Positions 37,113 to 41,059 of a DNA stretch of 41,059 nucleotides are shown piece by piece; positions within the stretch are counted from its first letter, which is position 1, and each line of letters starts with the position of its first letter. Source of the stretch: Promethearchaeota archaeon (GTDB lineage: Archaea; Asgardarchaeota; Lokiarchaeia; Sigyniarchaeales; SOKP01); NCBI GenBank assembly GCA_019058245.1, contig JAHPZJ010000004.1, forward strand, positions 1 to 41,059, given 5' to 3'. Made by a program: the position numbers and the translations under genes. A model generated the notes under the pieces. The model was not told the origin of the DNA, searched no databases, and was given only the letters and a program-made list of their open reading frames with translations.

Positions 37113-38240
37113 TTAGGTTTGTTTGTGATCTATATTTTGACTCCAAAATTCAAGAGATGAGATTATATCACTCTTTCCTACAAATCCAATTATTTCTTTA
37201 CTGCTGTTTTCTTCGACTATTAAAAGTGGAGGAACACTCCTTAATTTATTTAATTCTTTCAAAGCTTCCTTTCCAGATAAATTATCATCAATATATTGAA
37301 ATTCAGATAGTTTTGACATTACATCGCTTACACGATATTTTGATCTTTCCCCGATTGGTAACTGTCTGATATCTTTAAAAAAAATAATACCTACTATTTC
37401 ATCATTCTCAATTACAGGGAAATAAGCTTTTTTATAGGGAATAAAATAATCTCTTACAGCTAAGTTGAGAGACTTATCAACTGGAATCCCCATGAATGGT
37501 ACACTAAGGATCTCCTTGACTCCTATATTAGATAAAATAAAATCATTTTTAGTTTGCTGATATGATTGCTTTGCTGAAGAGTTCAAGAATGCCCCTATAA
37601 GGATAAACCATATTCCACTAAAAAGCGCAATAGTAAACATCTGGAGAAAGCCATAAATCATAAATCCATAACCAATAATTACTCCTACTTTGGAAGTAAA
37701 TTTTGTAGCAGATAATAGATTATTTTTTCTTTTCCATAGGAAAGCTCTTAATATTCTTCCACCATCTATAGGAAAAGCGGGTATAAGATTAAAAAGACCT
37801 AATCCTATGTTTGTAATACCAGAATATAATAGAGTAATGGAAATAATAGTTGGCATATTGATAGGTATAAAAAATAATAAAATCAATCCAAATCCAATTA
37901 ATAAACTTGATAATGGTCCAACTATTGAAATAATCATTTCAGAATTAGGTGTTCTAGGTTCCTCTTCTATTTTTGAAACGCCTCCAAAGAGGTATAATTC
38001 AATTTCTTTAACTTTAAGTCCATATTTTTGTGCTACAAGTGAATGGCTTAACTCATGGATTAAAATTGAAAACAATAAAATTAAACCATTTAACAAACCA
38101 ACAATTATTAAATCTATAACGGATGCATTTGATATTAAGGAAAGATAAAAATTTGTTGAATAAAAACCAACTAAGGCTATAATCAATAAAGTTGATAAGT
38201 GTAGTTTTATATCAATCCCATGAATTTTAGCTAATCTTAT
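37113..38240 (-). CDS. Site-2 protease (M50) with CBS domains; start extended to ATA 38240
   Basis: HELSH, LFGGV, FNLIPAFPIDGGRI, CBS pair. The frame stays open 18 codons above the track start: (M)RLAKIHGIDIKLHLS, a typical M50 N-terminus. Confidence 0.9.
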   Translation of the reverse strand: MRLAKIHGIDIKLHLSTLLIIALVGFYSTNFYLSLISNASVIDLIIVGLLNGLILLFSILIHELSHSLVAQKYGLKVKEIELYLFGGVSKIEEEPRTPNSEMIISIVGPLSSLLIGFGLILLFFIPINMPTIISITLLYSGITNIGLGLFNLIPAFPIDGGRILRAFLWKRKNNLLSATKFTSKVGVIIGYGFMIYGFLQMFTIALFSGIWFILIGAFLNSSAKQSYQQTKNDFILSNIGVKEILSVPFMGIPVDKSLNLAVRDYFIPYKKAYFPVIENDEIVGIIFFKDIRQLPIGERSKYRVSDVMSKLSEFQYIDDNLSGKEALKELNKLRSVPPLLIVEENSSKEIIGFVGKSDIISSLEFWSQNIDHKQT

Positions 38241-38581
38241 TTTTCAAACCTCTTTTCAACTTTAAATTTTCAATAATTTTTACTTGATAATTAAAATAGA
38301 GATTTCTAATAAATTTGTGATGTTTCATCTATAAATTCTATTTGTTTATTTATCTAAACCATTTTCCAATAGTAAATTATATTCTAAAATTAAACCCACA
38401 TTTATTTTATGAAAAAAAAGATTGGTTTTTAAATCTATGGTTAAGGAATTGATGGAATATGTATATTAATTCACTTAAAAAATCAATTTCATTATCAAAT
38501 TTGAAAAAAAAATATAATATATGCTAAATTAAATTTTACAAAAATTTAAAAATAAAATAAATCTTAAGAGGTAAAAAAAAA

Positions 38582-39754
38582 ATGGTTAATATTAAAAATG
38601 TAGTAGTGGTAGGTGCTGGGCAGATGGGTCATGGAATTGGTCAAATGGCGCTGATGGCAGGATATAATGTTACTATGGTCGATGTAAAAGATGAGTATGT
38701 AGATAAAGGATGGAATAAAATTGATGAGGGTATAAAAAAGATCGAAGCTAAAGGTGGATTACCAGGAGGGAAAACTGCTGCTGATCTTATGACAAATTGC
38801 AAAAAATCAACAGATTTAGCATCAGCAGTAAAGGATGCAGATATTATGATTGAAGCAGTTGTCGAAAGATTAGAAATCAAACAAGAAGTCTTTAAGAATT
38901 GTGGAGATAATGCTCCATCGCATTGCATTCTTGCTTCAAACACCTCTACAATGAGCATTACAGATATCGGAAAAGAATCAGGGAGACCAGATAAATGTAT
39001 AGGAATGCACTTTTTCAATCCTGTACCTCTAATGAGGTTGATTGAGGTTATTTATAGCGAGCATTCCTCTGATGAAAGTATTAATATAGGAATGGAATTT
39101 GCAAAATCTATACCTTGTCTTAGAGGGGAAAGATATATTGCAAAGGTATTAAAAGATAGGCCTGGATTTATTTGTAATCGAGTTACTGCTCCTGCTCAAA
39201 TTTATCAAAATTATGTTTTTGATAAAGCAGTTGATGAGGGATTTTCTTGGGACCAATTAGATAACGATTCCCGAAGTGGTCCAATGTCAATGACAGTCCT
39301 AGCTGATTATGTGGGTATAGATGTTTTATACCATGGTCAAATGTATTACTCTAAGACTTTATCACCCGATTTTGCTCCAGGTAAAGTAATAACAAAATTA
39401 TTCAATGAAGGAAAGTTAGGTATGAAAACAGGTCAAGGATTTCGAGATTGGTCCAAAGGGAGACCACAAGTTGATAAAAAAGCTGGTAAAGCAAGAATTA
39501 ATAAAATGAAATACCCAATTGCGATTATGCTAAATGAAGCATGCAGAGTTCTAGAGGAAGGAATAACAACTAGTTGGGAAGTAATTGATGAGACATTGAA
39601 AGCAGGGATGAATATGCCCGGTCCTATGGCCGCAAATGTAAATAATTGGCAGAATCAAGTTGAAGTTTTAAATGAGCTTGTTGAGCTTACAGGAAAAGAA
39701 TATTTTAAACCATGTGAACTATTAAAATCTGGTAAATGGGTAGAGATGAAATAA
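38582..39754 (+). CDS. 3-hydroxyacyl-CoA dehydrogenase
   Basis: GAGQMGHGIG, IEAVVE, ASNTST, GMHFFNP, PGFICNR. Confidence 0.95.
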   Translation: MVNIKNVVVVGAGQMGHGIGQMALMAGYNVTMVDVKDEYVDKGWNKIDEGIKKIEAKGGLPGGKTAADLMTNCKKSTDLASAVKDADIMIEAVVERLEIKQEVFKNCGDNAPSHCILASNTSTMSITDIGKESGRPDKCIGMHFFNPVPLMRLIEVIYSEHSSDESINIGMEFAKSIPCLRGERYIAKVLKDRPGFICNRVTAPAQIYQNYVFDKAVDEGFSWDQLDNDSRSGPMSMTVLADYVGIDVLYHGQMYYSKTLSPDFAPGKVITKLFNEGKLGMKTGQGFRDWSKGRPQVDKKAGKARINKMKYPIAIMLNEACRVLEEGITTSWEVIDETLKAGMNMPGPMAANVNNWQNQVEVLNELVELTGKEYFKPCELLKSGKWVEMK

Positions 39755-39926
39755 AAATAATTTTATACTTTCCTATTTTTCTTTTTTTTTTTGTACTCTT
39801 TGGATTCTTTAAATAAAAAATGATAATTCAATTTGCAAATTTTTAATTTTAATAAAAATATTACTAATTATCTATAAATCAATTTATTAATGATTATTAA
39901 AAACAATATAAAAGAGGTTGGAAGGA

Positions 39927-40757
39927 ATGTCAGAAAAGAAATTTGAACATGTAGAAGTAGAGAAGAATGAAGAAGGTAATTATGCTGTTATTTCGATTAA
40001 TAGACCAGATAAATTAAATGCACTCACAACCCAAACATTGAGAGAAATCTATGAGGCAATGGAACAATTCGAGCTTGATAGCAGCGTAAGATGTATTGTG
40101 GTTCGAGGAACAAAAAATGTAACAAAAAAAGCAGCCTTCTCTGCTGGTGCTGATTTAGCTTCTCCTATGGGAAAAGGAATGAAACCAAATATTCCTGTTC
40201 ATTGGACTATCTCTATGCAACAAAAACATAGATATTATAGCTTAATTGAACAATTTCCAAAACCAGTTATTGCAGCAGTAGATGGTTATGCTTTTGGAGG
40301 AGGATGTGAATTAACTCTTGTATGTGATATTATCATTGCTACCAAGAGATCATTTTTTGGATTCCCTGAAATAGCAAGAGGTATTTTTCCGGGAAATGGA
40401 GGTACTCAAAGAATGGCAAGACGTATAGGAGTGAATCGAGCACTAAATATGTGTTACTTTGGAGAGCGTGTTTCAGCAGAAAAAATGCTTGAATGGGGAC
40501 ATGTAAGTTACCTATGTGACGATGGCGAAGAATTTGAAAAACTTGTTCATGAAAAAGCTTCATGGTTAGGAAATGGACCTACAACCAGTCTATTAATAAT
40601 TAAGAAAGCAGTAAAATTTGGAACTCAAGCATCAATAGAGATAGGAAATCAATTCGAAATGTTAGGCTTTGGAGTAAATAGTGGATCTTCAGATGTTAAT
40701 GAAGGCATCCAAGCTTTTCTAAAAAGAAGAGAAACAAAATTTACTGGTGGAATGTAA
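39927..40757 (+). CDS. Enoyl-CoA hydratase/isomerase
   Basis: NRPDKLNAL, FSAGADL, AFGGGCEL, FPE...PGNGGTQR; GAGGT upstream favours ATG 39927 over TTG 39918. Confidence 0.95.
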   Translation: MSEKKFEHVEVEKNEEGNYAVISINRPDKLNALTTQTLREIYEAMEQFELDSSVRCIVVRGTKNVTKKAAFSAGADLASPMGKGMKPNIPVHWTISMQQKHRYYSLIEQFPKPVIAAVDGYAFGGGCELTLVCDIIIATKRSFFGFPEIARGIFPGNGGTQRMARRIGVNRALNMCYFGERVSAEKMLEWGHVSYLCDDGEEFEKLVHEKASWLGNGPTTSLLIIKKAVKFGTQASIEIGNQFEMLGFGVNSGSSDVNEGIQAFLKRRETKFTGGM

Positions 40758-40861
40758 GCTCAGTTATACTCTATTATTTCCTTAATATTTTTTACTTTTT
40801 TTTGTAATATTTATTATATCTCTCTTTTATTATATCAGATAGAACTTATTAGTAGTAAACT

Positions 40862-41059
40862 ATGTCAAATGACTTTGAAGTTATTGAAGAAATTAATGAT
40901 GGAAATCTTTTTCTCAGAAAAATATCGAAAAACGATATAGATTTCTTTTTTAAAAGTTTAAATGAAAAAGATTTAACAGCGTATTTATCTTTAGGGCCTT
41001 TAAGTTCGTTAGAGCATTCTAAAGCTTTAATTAAAAACTATTTAAGATATTGGGATAAA
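40862..41059 (+). CDS. GNAT (RimJ/RimL-like) acetyltransferase, N-terminal part; runs off the window
   Basis: MSNDFEVIEEINDGNLFLRKISKNDIDFF...LGPLSSLEHSKALI, open to the window end. Confidence 0.6.
   Translation, partial: MSNDFEVIEEINDGNLFLRKISKNDIDFFFKSLNEKDLTAYLSLGPLSSLEHSKALIKNYLRYWDK

Noticed and set aside
1144-40563. Short antisense or overlapping ORFs in the track (1144, 1152, 6078, 7484, 16437, 17704, 18315, 23297, 30616, 31242, 34325, 34958, 36065, 37082, 37690, 38641, 40339)
   Set aside because: Shadows of well-supported genes on the opposite strand, with no motifs.
1-41059. CRISPR arrays, tRNA/rRNA, IS elements, integrases
   Set aside because: No regularly spaced repeats, cloverleafs, GC-rich structural RNA or transposase motifs seen; repeats within genes are protein-level.

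Overview
AT-rich archaeal chromosomal window, almost certainly from an Asgard archaeon (Lokiarchaeia-like). The evidence is a Rab-like small GTPase, a longin-GTPase fusion, two membrane proteins with C-terminal longin-like domains, a V4R-like protein, SIR2-TPR, and beta-helix and beta-propeller surface proteins. No rRNA, tRNA, CRISPR or transposase was recognised. Two things stand out. (1) The Rab-like GTPase gene (1117-1728) is interrupted just after the DxxGQ motif by a 30-nt stop-containing insert (1366-1395). The insert folds with its flanks into a relaxed bulge-helix-bulge (BHB) motif whose canonical cut sites restore the frame exactly, making it a candidate tRNA-type intron in an mRNA. 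(2) A minus-strand operon (13740-19716) encodes two radical SAM/SPASM enzymes, an ABBA-type aromatic prenyltransferase, an SCP2 lipid carrier and a U32 hydroxylase-family protein. All four enzymes carry the same ~75-aa PCP_red/DUF2621-like helical domain, and two B12-dependent radical SAM genes flank the operon. This is a candidate undescribed anaerobic pathway, possibly a multi-enzyme complex, for a prenylated aromatic (quinone-like) lipid. One gene missed by the ORF track and one with a truncated call appear to start at ATA. All family assignments come from motif recognition by eye; no database search was run.
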